A stretch of 64,000 nucleotides of DNA from an uncultured Acidobacteriota bacterium (GTDB taxonomy: Bacteria > Acidobacteriota > Thermoanaerobaculia > UBA5066), in assembly GCA_963836285.1 (NCBI GenBank), contig CAWIIN010000003.1, forward strand, positions 14,708 to 78,707, written 5' to 3'. The notes beneath the pieces were generated by a model. That model saw only the letters and a program-made list of their open reading frames with translations. It ran no database searches and had not been told where the DNA came from. Both the position numbers and the translations under genes were made by a program. This document shows, piece after piece, positions 55,832-64,000 of the stretch. Every line of letters starts with the position of its first letter. Within the stretch, counting starts at the first letter, position 1.

Positions 55832-56806
55832 TCAGCCGGGAATCAGAAGGACCTTCCCCGAGGTCTCGCGCGCCTCGAGCGCACGGTGCGCGGCCGCGGC
55901 GTCCGCGAGAGGCACCTCGCGGTCCACGCGGACGGGCAGAGACCCGTCCTTCACCCACGCGAGGACGTCACCCGCGCGGGCGAGCAGCTCCTGGCGCGAC
56001 GCGGCGTAGTGGAAGAGAGTCGGCCGCGTCAGGAACAGGGACCCTTTCGCGTTCAGGATCTGCGGGTCGATCGGGGAAACGGGGCCGCTCGACTGCCCGA
56101 AGAGCGCCATCGTGCCCCGCGGCGCGAGGACGTCGAGCCCCTTCTCGAAGGTCGTCTTCCCGACGGAGTCGTAGACCGCCTGGACGCCCTTCCCGTCCGT
56201 CAGTCGTTTCGTCTCGGCCACGAAATCCCGTTCGGTGTAGAGGATGACGTCGTCCGCGCCGGCCTTCCGCGCGAGGGCCGCTTTCGCGGGCGTCGAGACC
56301 GTTCCGATGACTCTCGCGCCGCGCTTTTTCGCGAGGGCGCAGAGCAGGAGGCCGACGCCGCCGGCCGCGGCGTGGACGAGGCACGTGTCGCCGGGGCCGA
56401 GCGCGCGCACGGAGGTCGCGAGATAGTGGGCCGTCATCCCCTGCAGCATCACGGCGGCCGCCTGGTGCGTCGTGACGCCTTCCGGCACGCGCACGAGACG
56501 CGCAGCCGCGACGAGCGTCCGCTGGGCATACGCGCCCTGCGCGTTGAACGTCGCGACGCGGTCCCCCGGCTTCACGTCCGTCACGCCCGGGCCGACGGCT
56601 TCGACGACGCCGGCCGCCTCGCCGCCCGGCGTGAACGGGTATCCCGCGGGTTTGTAGAGCGCCGTCCGGAAGTACACCTCGATGAAGTTGACGCCGGCCG
56701 CCTCGACCTTGACGAGCGCCTCCCCCGTCTTCGGCGACGGGTCGGGAACGTCCTCGTAGCGGAGAGCCTCGGGCCCGCCCGGAGCGTGAACGCGGATGGC
56801 CTTCAT
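55832..56806 (-). CDS. qor: NADPH:quinone oxidoreductase (zinc-type ADH/MDR family)
   Basis: [15 protein letters not shown]... and the Rossmann motif [20 protein letters not shown]. Confidence 0.85.
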   Translation of the reverse strand: MKAIRVHAPGGPEALRYEDVPDPSPKTGEALVKVEAAGVNFIEVYFRTALYKPAGYPFTPGGEAAGVVEAVGPGVTDVKPGDRVATFNAQGAYAQRTLVAAARLVRVPEGVTTHQAAAVMLQGMTAHYLATSVRALGPGDTCLVHAAAGGVGLLLCALAKKRGARVIGTVSTPAKAALARKAGADDVILYTERDFVAETKRLTDGKGVQAVYDSVGKTTFEKGLDVLAPRGTMALFGQSSGPVSPIDPQILNAKGSLFLTRPTLFHYAASRQELLARAGDVLAWVKDGSLPVRVDREVPLADAAAAHRALEARETSGKVLLIPG

Positions 56807-56833
56807 GGTCTAAGTCTACGGCGGAGGACCGGC

Positions 56834-58924
56834 CTACTCGAACCAGCCGTTCACGTCGACGACGACGTCCACGCTGCCCGCCGCGCTGCTCGTGATCCGG
56901 AACGCGCCCGACCCGTCCGACGCGAGGCCGACGAGCGCGTTGTTCGCCCTCGTCTGGCCGGCGCGGAAGGCGAGCGTCAACGCATTCGGCACACCGGGGA
57001 GGTCCGCGGGATACAGGACGAGCGCCCCGCCCGCGGCGACGTTCGTGACGGTGACGTTCGCGGATACGGATCGGGCGCTCAGGGGCACGCCGCAGACGCC
57101 CGTCGCGACGAAAATCCGCGTCGCGCCCGCTCCGAGGGACGGTCCGCCGCCCGGACCGGCGGCCCGCCGCGTGTCGAGAGCGCGACAGGGCGCAAGCGTG
57201 CGAAATTTCGTCGCGACGGGTCCGGTCACCGTCGCCGTCCCCGCGATCCCGGTGCTCGCGTTCCAGTACGAGCCGCTCGGGTTCGTCTCGAGCTTCACGG
57301 CGCGAACGAGATACGTCGGGGAACCGCCTGGCGCCGCCGTGTCGACGAAAGACGTCCCCGTGACGAGAACCGTCGTGAGGCGCGTGAACGGGCCCGCCGC
57401 CGAGGGCGCCCGGTAGACGTGGTAGCCCGCGACCGCGTCCGGCGAGGCGGTCCACGTGATCGTCGCCGCTCCGGCGCCGCCGGCCGCTGCCACGTTCGAG
57501 ACCGGGGCGACGACGTGCATCCGGAGCGTCGGATCGCCCATGAGGGCGACGTGGACCGACGGACCGTAGCCGTAGAAGTACGTCGACGAGTTGTTCTGGG
57601 AGACGCGCGCCGCGTACCCAATCGTCTCCCCCATCGCCATGTGGTGGACGTACCAGGCCGGCCGGCCCGCCCAGGCGCACGTGAGGCCGTAGCTCGTCGT
57701 CGCGAGCGGCGCCCGGAGAAAATTGTTCGAGACGTCCCAGTCCCCGAAGTAACTCCCGAACAGGAACGTGAACGCGGTCTTCGTGTCGGTCGCCGCGAAG
57801 TTCGCCGTCGAGCCGACACCGCCCGCGCCCGTGTAGTTGCCGCCGCCGCAGCCGTAGGCCCAGAGGTAGCCGCTGCCCCCGAGCGTGCCGAACCAGTCGA
57901 GTGCGAAGACGTTCGCGGGGCCGAAGAACGCCGAGAACGCGCGCCAGCCGGTGGAGGCGAACGCCTCGCCGCCGAACGCGCCGAAGTTGTCGTCGATGAG
58001 CCCGCGCGCCGGCAGCGTCCAGGCCTTGAGGCGGAAACCGTGGTCCTTGTTCAGATACTGGCGGAGGAGGTCGACCTCCGTCTTCGGGGCGAACGCGGGC
58101 ATGTTCGCGAGGTCGACGCGCCCGACCGCGAGCTCGACCGTCCCGCCCGGCGCGTAGCTCTGGTCAAACTTGCCGTCGCCGGGGACGTTGCTCCCGCGGC
58201 CCGTGCCCGTCAGCGTCAGCGTGTCGGTCCACGTGCCATCCATCTCGCCGTAGTAGAGATCCGCCGGCCACGCCCCGACGTGGTCGGAGTGCCCGTCCGG
58301 CGCGAGGCTCCCGGAGTACGGCACCGGCACGTGCCCGAAGAGGAAGACGGTCTTCACGCGCGTCGGATCGGCCGAGTAGTCCGCCTTGACGAGGGCTTTC
58401 ACGGACGGGACGGACGACGTCCGGGACACGTCGTGCCGGAGCACCGTCCAGCCGTCGCCGGCGAGATCCGACTGGAGGCGTAGGAGCTCCGTCGCGAGAG
58501 CCGCGGCCATCGTCGCGTCCACGACGAGGACGACCTTCCCGCGGTCCTCCACGAGCGGGACCGCGATACCCGTCGCGAGGTAGCCGTAGCCCGTGACGTT
58601 CGCGGTGCGGCGCACCTGGTACTCGTAGGCCGTCCCGACGGTCACGGCGCCGTCCGCGTAACCCGTCGCCGACCCCGCGAGCGTCGCGACGGCGGTCCCC
58701 CAGGCGGAGGTCCCCCAGGCCTTCCGGTACACGACGAACTGCGTCGCCGCGGCGAAGGGGGGCCAGGAGAGCGTGATCCTTGGAGGCGCGCTCTGAACCG
58801 CCGCCGTCACCTGCACGGCGTAGTCGGCCGTCGCCTGCGCAGCGGCGGGGCGTTCCGCCAGCGCGAAGACGCACCCGAGGAGAGCTCCCGCAAGGAGCGC
58901 ACGAGTCGGGACGGCTTCCCTCAT
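56834..58924 (-). CDS. secreted hypothetical protein with fibronectin-III-like domains
   Basis: Start MREAVPTRALLAGALLGCVFALAERPAAAQA. It is Trp/Gly-rich with repeated beta-sandwich-like segments. The C-terminal module ...YPADLP...SSAAGSVDVVVDVNGWFE is conserved. No catalytic family was recognised. Confidence 0.5.
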   Translation of the reverse strand: MREAVPTRALLAGALLGCVFALAERPAAAQATADYAVQVTAAVQSAPPRITLSWPPFAAATQFVVYRKAWGTSAWGTAVATLAGSATGYADGAVTVGTAYEYQVRRTANVTGYGYLATGIAVPLVEDRGKVVLVVDATMAAALATELLRLQSDLAGDGWTVLRHDVSRTSSVPSVKALVKADYSADPTRVKTVFLFGHVPVPYSGSLAPDGHSDHVGAWPADLYYGEMDGTWTDTLTLTGTGRGSNVPGDGKFDQSYAPGGTVELAVGRVDLANMPAFAPKTEVDLLRQYLNKDHGFRLKAWTLPARGLIDDNFGAFGGEAFASTGWRAFSAFFGPANVFALDWFGTLGGSGYLWAYGCGGGNYTGAGGVGSTANFAATDTKTAFTFLFGSYFGDWDVSNNFLRAPLATTSYGLTCAWAGRPAWYVHHMAMGETIGYAARVSQNNSSTYFYGYGPSVHVALMGDPTLRMHVVAPVSNVAAAGGAGAATITWTASPDAVAGYHVYRAPSAAGPFTRLTTVLVTGTSFVDTAAPGGSPTYLVRAVKLETNPSGSYWNASTGIAGTATVTGPVATKFRTLAPCRALDTRRAAGPGGGPSLGAGATRIFVATGVCGVPLSARSVSANVTVTNVAAGGALVLYPADLPGVPNALTLAFRAGQTRANNALVGLASDGSGAFRITSSAAGSVDVVVDVNGWFE

Positions 58925-58986
58925 CTGACTGAAGTGAAACGGTCCCACGCGTAACATATCTGCGACGGAGTCTCGCAGGAGAGCGC

Positions 58987-60375
58987 ATGGCGACGCGAAT
59001 CGAAAAGGACACCATGGGCGAGATCGCCGTCCCGGCGGACCGCTACTGGGGCGCCCAGACGCAGCGTTCGCTCGAGAACTTCGAGATCGGCGAGGCCCGC
59101 TTCTCCCGGCCCTTCCTGCGCGCGTTCGGCCTCCTCAAGCGCGCCGCCGCGGAGGCGAACCACGACCTCGGCCTCCTTCCGCCGGAGAAGGCGGCGCTCA
59201 TCACGGCCGCGGCGCAGGAGGTCGCCGACGGGAAGCTCGACGAGAACTTTCCGCTCGTCGTCTTCCAGACGGGGAGCGGGACCCAGACGAACATGAACGC
59301 CAACGAGGTCATCGCGAACCGCGCGATCGAGCTCGCGGGCGGCGTCCTCGGCTCGAAGACGCCGATTCACCCGAACGACGACGTGAACCTCTCGCAGTCG
59401 TCGAACGACACGTTCCCGACGGCGATGTCGATCGCGGCCGTCTGCGAGATCGAGGAGCGCCTCCTCCCCGAGGTCCGGAAGCTGCGCGACGTCCTCGCGG
59501 CGAAGTCGGAGGCGTTCCGGGACGTCGTGAAGATCGGCCGCACCCACCTGCAGGACGCCGTGCCCCTCACCCTCGGGCAGGAGATCTCGGGCTGGGTCTC
59601 GCAGCTCGACCACGGGATCGCGCACGTCGAGCAGGCGCTCCCCCACCTCCTCGAGCTCGCGATCGGCGGGACGGCCGTCGGCACGGGTCTCAACACGCAC
59701 CCCGAGTACGCCGAGCGCGTGGCCCGGCGGCTCGCGGCGCTCACGGGCCACGCGTTCGTACCCGCACCGAACAAGTTCGAGGCGCTCGCCGCGCATGACG
59801 CGCTCGCGTTCGCCTCGGGAGCCCTGAGGACTCTCGCGGGCTCCCTCATGAAGATCGCGAACGACGTGCGCTGGCTCGCGTCGGGCCCGCGCTGCGGGAT
59901 CGGCGAGATCCGGATCCCGGAGAACGAGCCGGGCTCGTCCATCATGCCGGGCAAGGTGAACCCGACGCAGGCCGAGGCCCTCACGATGATCGTCACGCAG
60001 GTCTACGGGAACGACGCGGCCGTCGCCTTCGCGGCGAGCCAGGGGAACTTCGAGCTCCACGTCTTCAAGCCCGTCATGATCCACAACGTTCTCGCCTCCG
60101 TCCGGCTCCTCGCGGACGGGTGCCGGAGCTTCCGGATCCACTGTGCCGAGGGAATCGAGCCTGACCGGACGCGAATCGCAGAGCTCGTCGACAAGTCGTT
60201 GATGCTTGTCACGGCGCTGAACCCGCACATCGGGTACGACAAGGCGGCCGCGATCGCGAAGAAGGCGCACGAGGAGGGGACGACGCTCAAGGAGGCCGCG
60301 CTCGCGCTCGGCTTCCTGACCTCCGAGCAGTTCGACTCATGGATCGACCCGTCGAAGATGGTCCGCCCCGGCTGA
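58987..60375 (+). CDS. fumC: class II fumarate hydratase
   Basis: [28 protein letters not shown]..., the [13 protein letters not shown] signature, and SSNDTFPTA are present. Confidence 0.95.
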   Translation: MATRIEKDTMGEIAVPADRYWGAQTQRSLENFEIGEARFSRPFLRAFGLLKRAAAEANHDLGLLPPEKAALITAAAQEVADGKLDENFPLVVFQTGSGTQTNMNANEVIANRAIELAGGVLGSKTPIHPNDDVNLSQSSNDTFPTAMSIAAVCEIEERLLPEVRKLRDVLAAKSEAFRDVVKIGRTHLQDAVPLTLGQEISGWVSQLDHGIAHVEQALPHLLELAIGGTAVGTGLNTHPEYAERVARRLAALTGHAFVPAPNKFEALAAHDALAFASGALRTLAGSLMKIANDVRWLASGPRCGIGEIRIPENEPGSSIMPGKVNPTQAEALTMIVTQVYGNDAAVAFAASQGNFELHVFKPVMIHNVLASVRLLADGCRSFRIHCAEGIEPDRTRIAELVDKSLMLVTALNPHIGYDKAAAIAKKAHEEGTTLKEAALALGFLTSEQFDSWIDPSKMVRPG

Positions 60376-61835
60376 CCCGTACCGCGCGAATCGCGGCCCC
60401 CCTCGCGATCCTGTCCGCGCTCGCCCTCGGCGGCGCGCCTCCCCCCGAGCCGGTCTTCGCCGTCGTCGCCCCGGCCCGGATGGTCACCGGGCGCGTGCGG
60501 CTCGAGGCGGACGCCCGCGACGCCCGCGTCGCGAGCGTGCGCTGGGAGGTCGACGACTGGGCCCGGACGACGCCGCGCCCGTTCGCTCTCGAGTTCGACC
60601 TCGGGCCGCTGCCCCGCGAGACGACCGTGACGGCGGTCGCCCTCGACGCGGCCCGTCAGATCCTCTACCGCCAGCAGGCGATCCTGAACCCGGGCGGCCG
60701 GCGGCTCGTCCTCGAGATCCTCTCCCCTCTCGACGGCCAGCGCGCGAGCGGCCGCACTCCCGTGCTCGTGCGCGCCGTCGCCCCGCCCGGCGACTCCCTC
60801 GCCTCCGTCACGGTCGACGGCCCCGGCGGCGAGGTCGCGCTCGCCGGAGACGAGGTGCGGACGGTCGTTCTCGACCTCCCGGCCTCGACGGCGCCCCTCA
60901 CGGCACGCGTGCGGACCGCAAGCGGACGCGCCGCCGAGCGGACGATCCTCGTCAACGGACGCGGCGTCGTCGCCTCGTCCGACGCGCACGTCGTCGAGCA
61001 GACCGTCGCCGTCACGCGCGGGGGCAAGGCGCTCGAGGGGCTCGGCGCCGCGGACTTCACCGTGAAGGACGACCGCGGGGCGTGCGAAGTGAGGGAAGTG
61101 AAGCTCCTCCGAGACGCGCCGCTCGCAATCGGGCTTTCGATCGACACGTCGCTCTCGCTTCTCTACACGGAGACACTGCGGTCGGCGGCCGCCGAGAGCT
61201 TCGTCGCACGGACGCTGCGCGAGGGCGACATCGCGTTCCTCCAGCGATTCGGCGTCGCCGTCTCGGGGGTCGTTCCGTGGACGGGCGACCGGGCGCTGCT
61301 CGCGAGGCGCGTCCTCGAGCTCGGATACGACGGCGTGCCGGGCACGCTTCTCAACTCGGCGGTCCTGAAGGCGCTCTACGAGTTCCAGGGCAGCCAGGGC
61401 GCGCGCGCGCTCATCCTCGTGACGGACGGCAACGCGTTCGAGGACGACGTCGAGGAGAAGGATGCGATCGCCTACGCGCGCCAGTCCGGCGTCAAGATCT
61501 ACGCCCTCGGCCTGCCGTACGTCGAGGAGATCCGCACGCCCGTCCGCAAGACGGCGCCGGACGGCTCGGAGGTCGTCCACGTGAGGGTCCGGCGCGAGTC
61601 GTATCCGGCGAACCTCGAGGTCCTGAGGCGGCTGACGGGCGCGACGGGCGGGCGCACCTACCCCGTCAAGAAGGAGGCCGACCTCCCGAAGATCTTCGCG
61701 GCGATCGAGCGCGACCTGAGGACGCAGTACCTCGTCTCGTACGTGAGCAATGCACGGAAGAAGGGCGTCTTTCACCCCGTCGAGGTCCGCACCTCGCACG
61801 GGACGGTCTCGACGGCCGCGGGGTTCTTCTACTAG
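60339..61835 (+). CDS. VWA domain protein (VWFA-related Acidobacterial domain family), paralogue 2
   Basis: N-terminal TM/signal region, long N-terminal Ig-like region, VWA core ([10 protein letters not shown]), and the C-terminal [12 protein letters not shown] motif shared with the 10749..11711 protein. The start is uncertain: ATG 60339 overlaps fumC by 37 nt. Confidence 0.7.
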   Translation: MDRPVEDGPPRLTRTARIAAPLAILSALALGGAPPPEPVFAVVAPARMVTGRVRLEADARDARVASVRWEVDDWARTTPRPFALEFDLGPLPRETTVTAVALDAARQILYRQQAILNPGGRRLVLEILSPLDGQRASGRTPVLVRAVAPPGDSLASVTVDGPGGEVALAGDEVRTVVLDLPASTAPLTARVRTASGRAAERTILVNGRGVVASSDAHVVEQTVAVTRGGKALEGLGAADFTVKDDRGACEVREVKLLRDAPLAIGLSIDTSLSLLYTETLRSAAAESFVARTLREGDIAFLQRFGVAVSGVVPWTGDRALLARRVLELGYDGVPGTLLNSAVLKALYEFQGSQGARALILVTDGNAFEDDVEEKDAIAYARQSGVKIYALGLPYVEEIRTPVRKTAPDGSEVVHVRVRRESYPANLEVLRRLTGATGGRTYPVKKEADLPKIFAAIERDLRTQYLVSYVSNARKKGVFHPVEVRTSHGTVSTAAGFFY

Positions 61836-61980
61836 GAGACCGAGATTGAAGATTTTCTTCGAAAGTGAAGAGAGACGCGGACGGCAGCTCGGCTGAATGG
61901 TGGGCCCGATCATGCTGCGCCGACCATCCCGCTCATTTGGAAGAAACTCCCGACTCCCTCCCCCTCTAGAATCGCCCGGC

Positions 61981-63501
61981 ATGTCGAACACTCCCGAGGA
62001 GTCGCGGCCGCCCGTGGGCGCGTACCCGCGCTACGTCCTTCTCGTCCTCGTCCTCGTCTACGTCTTCAACTTCCTCGACCGTCAGATCGTCTCGATCCTC
62101 GCCGAGCGGATCAAGGCCGACCTCGGCGTCTCGGACGCGCAGCTCGGGTTCCTGTACGGCACCGTGTTCGCGGTCTTCTTCGCCGTGTTCGGGATCCCGC
62201 TCGGCCGCCTCGCGGACGCGTGGGACCGGCGCCGCCTCATCGCGTGGGGCACCGCGTTCTGGAGCCTCATGACGGCGCTCTCGGGCCTCGCGAAGAGTTT
62301 TCCGCAGCTCGCGCTCGCGCGGATGGGTGTCGGCGTCGGCGAGGCGAGCGCGGCGCCCGCAGCGTACTCGCTCCTGTCCGACTGGTTCCCGAAGGAGAAG
62401 CGCGCGACGGTCCTCGGCCTCTACTCGAGCGGCATCTACATCGGCGCCGGCCTCGGGCTCGGGATCGGCGGCTTCATCGTCGATCGTTGGGATCTGGCCT
62501 TCCCGACGGGCTCGGCCCCCTTGGGGCTGCGCGGCTGGCAAGCCGCGTTCCTCGCCGTCGGCCTCCCGGGGCTTCTCCTCGCCGCGTGGGTCAGGAGCCT
62601 CGTCGAGCCCGCGCGCGCCGCCTCTCATCCGCCGCTCACCGCCACGCCCATCCGGATGCTCCTCCGCGAGTCCGCGGCCGTGATCCCGCCTTTCACGCTC
62701 TTCGCGCTCGCCGCCGCCGGGGCAGGGACGGCGGGCGTCCTCGCAAACGTCGCCGTATTCGCCGTTCTCGGCGGCCTCGCCGCGCTCCTGACCTCGCTCC
62801 TCGGGAACCCCGCCCAGTGGATCGCGCTCGGCGCCGGCCTCTACGCCGTCTTCTCGTGGGCGCAGGCCCTCCGCCTGAGGAGCCGCGAGGACTTCGACCT
62901 CGTGTTCCGGAACCGCGCGCTCGTCCTCGCGAACCTCGGGTTCGGCCTCGCCGCCTTCGGAACGTACGGGACGAGCTTCTGGATCGCGCCGTACTTCGTC
63001 CGCTTCCACCACCTGAATCTCGCGAAGACCGGTCTCCTCCTCGGAGGGATCTCGGCGGCCGGCGGATGGTTGGGCGCGACGTCGGGCGGCCTTCTCGCGG
63101 ACGCGTGGGGCAGGAAGCGCGCGGACGGCCGCCTCCTCGTGGGCGCCGCGTCGGCGCTCGTCCCGATCCCGCTCGCGCTCGGGATGCTCGCGGCTCCTTC
63201 GCTCGCCCTCGCGGCCGCCCTCGCGCTTCCGATCACGGTTCTGGCCGCGCTCTGGGTCGCGCCCGCAACGACGACCGCGCAGGAGCTCGTCCCGCCGCGC
63301 CTGCGGGGCACGGCGAGCGCCGTCCTTCTCCTGCACACGACGTTCCTGGGCCTCGCGCTGGGTCCGTACACCGTCGGACGCCTGAGCCTCGCCGCAGGGA
63401 GCCTCCGGGCGGCCCTCGCCCTCGCGCTGCCCGTCAACCTCCTCGCGGGCCTCCTGCTCGTCCTCGCCGCGCGGGCACTTACGCGACCCGGGGCATCGTA
63501 A
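61981..63501 (+). CDS. MFS transporter
   Basis: Start MSNTPEES. About 12-14 TM helices. The MFS motif [13 protein letters not shown] (G-x-L-a-D-r-x-G-r-r) is present. The longer ORF start at 61897 is unsupported. Confidence 0.8.
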   Translation: MSNTPEESRPPVGAYPRYVLLVLVLVYVFNFLDRQIVSILAERIKADLGVSDAQLGFLYGTVFAVFFAVFGIPLGRLADAWDRRRLIAWGTAFWSLMTALSGLAKSFPQLALARMGVGVGEASAAPAAYSLLSDWFPKEKRATVLGLYSSGIYIGAGLGLGIGGFIVDRWDLAFPTGSAPLGLRGWQAAFLAVGLPGLLLAAWVRSLVEPARAASHPPLTATPIRMLLRESAAVIPPFTLFALAAAGAGTAGVLANVAVFAVLGGLAALLTSLLGNPAQWIALGAGLYAVFSWAQALRLRSREDFDLVFRNRALVLANLGFGLAAFGTYGTSFWIAPYFVRFHHLNLAKTGLLLGGISAAGGWLGATSGGLLADAWGRKRADGRLLVGAASALVPIPLALGMLAAPSLALAAALALPITVLAALWVAPATTTAQELVPPRLRGTASAVLLLHTTFLGLALGPYTVGRLSLAAGSLRAALALALPVNLLAGLLLVLAARALTRPGAS

Positions 63502-63513
63502 GATCCGACCCCA

Positions 63514-64000
63514 TGAAACGACTCTCGACGACCCTGACCCTCGCACTGATCCTCGCCACCGCCAGCCTGAAGGGAGACCCCGCCGTGAAGAATCCGACGG
63601 TCGTGATGAAGACGTCGATGGGCTCGATCACGATCGAGCTCGACGCGGTCAAGGCGCCCGAGACCGTGAAGAACTTCCTCGCGTACGTGAACGCGAAGCA
63701 CTACGACGGCACGGTGTTCCACCGGGTCATCGACGGGTTCATGATCCAGGGCGGCGGCTTCGCGGCCGACAAGACGCAGAAGAAGACGAACGCCCCGATC
63801 AAGAACGAGTCCGCGAACGGCCTCCAGAACAAGAACGGCACGATCGCGATGGCGCGCACCGGCGACCCGAACAGCGCGACGGCTCAGTTCTTCATCAACG
63901 TGAAGGACAACGGCTTCCTCGACAGGGCTCAGTCCCAGGACGGCTACGGGTACTGCGTCTTCGGCAAGGTGATCGACGGGATGGACGTCGTGAACAAGAT
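63514..64000 (+). CDS. ppiA: cyclophilin-type peptidyl-prolyl cis-trans isomerase, secreted (3' end outside window)
   Basis: Signal peptide [41 protein letters not shown]...[15 protein letters not shown] is the cyclophilin signature. No stop codon falls within the window. Confidence 0.85.

Noticed and set aside
1-64000. tRNA, rRNA, CRISPR arrays, IS elements/transposases, integrases
   Set aside because: No cloverleaf-compatible ~75-nt segments appear in the non-coding gaps. There are no spacer-repeat arrays. No ORF has transposase or integrase motifs. The only mobile-DNA-like signature is the 28-bp direct-repeat pair.

Overview
This is a ~64 kb chromosomal segment of very high GC (around 70%). 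The content looks like Acidobacteriota: two 'VWFA-related Acidobacterial domain' proteins, a carboxypeptidase-regulatory-like TonB receptor, and many sulfatase/TPR and DUF membrane proteins. Because of the GC content almost every frame yields long ORFs. I kept only ORFs with recognisable protein-family signatures, signal peptides or ribosome-binding sites, and I treat the long antisense ORFs as artefacts. I can support about 55 genes.

The housekeeping genes are sucC-sucD, fumC, ndk, rluA, pepP, rmlD, ppiA and a DedA/TVP38 protein. There is a strikingly peptidase-rich set: oligopeptidase B, an S9 peptidase, Xaa-Pro aminopeptidase and two alpha/beta hydrolases. I found no tRNA, rRNA or CRISPR arrays.

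The most interesting items are these.
(i) An operon of korA (delta-alpha fusion), korB (beta-gamma fusion), a small Cys4 ORF and an ADP-forming acyl-CoA synthetase. This is an archaeal-type ATP-yielding 2-oxoacid module. The small Cys4 protein sits between korB and acd with translational coupling, and it has a paralogue 22 kb away next to oligopeptidase B.
(ii) A 15-nt motif, GCAGATGAATCAGGG, lies at the same place in the promoter region of both small-Cys loci.
(iii) A 2.15 kb two-gene module (a PGPGW membrane protein plus a secreted flavin amine oxidase) is flanked by 28-bp direct repeats. The CTAG core of each repeat supplies the stop codons of the flanking convergent genes, which looks like an insertion footprint.
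(iv) A TetR regulator appears to control two loci 10 kb apart through a shared palindromic operator, ACCGGCCT(G/A)CCGGT. The two loci are the TonB receptor-thiolase array and the divergent SDR and CoA-transferase A/B genes.
(v) Two convergent type II TA modules (Phd-VapC and VapB-VapC) show 4-nt TTGA/GTGA overlaps, and the VapB module has a perfect operator palindrome.
(vi) There is gene decay: a PIG-L/LmbE deacetylase with two frameshifts and a 5'-truncated GH1 beta-glucosidase remnant.
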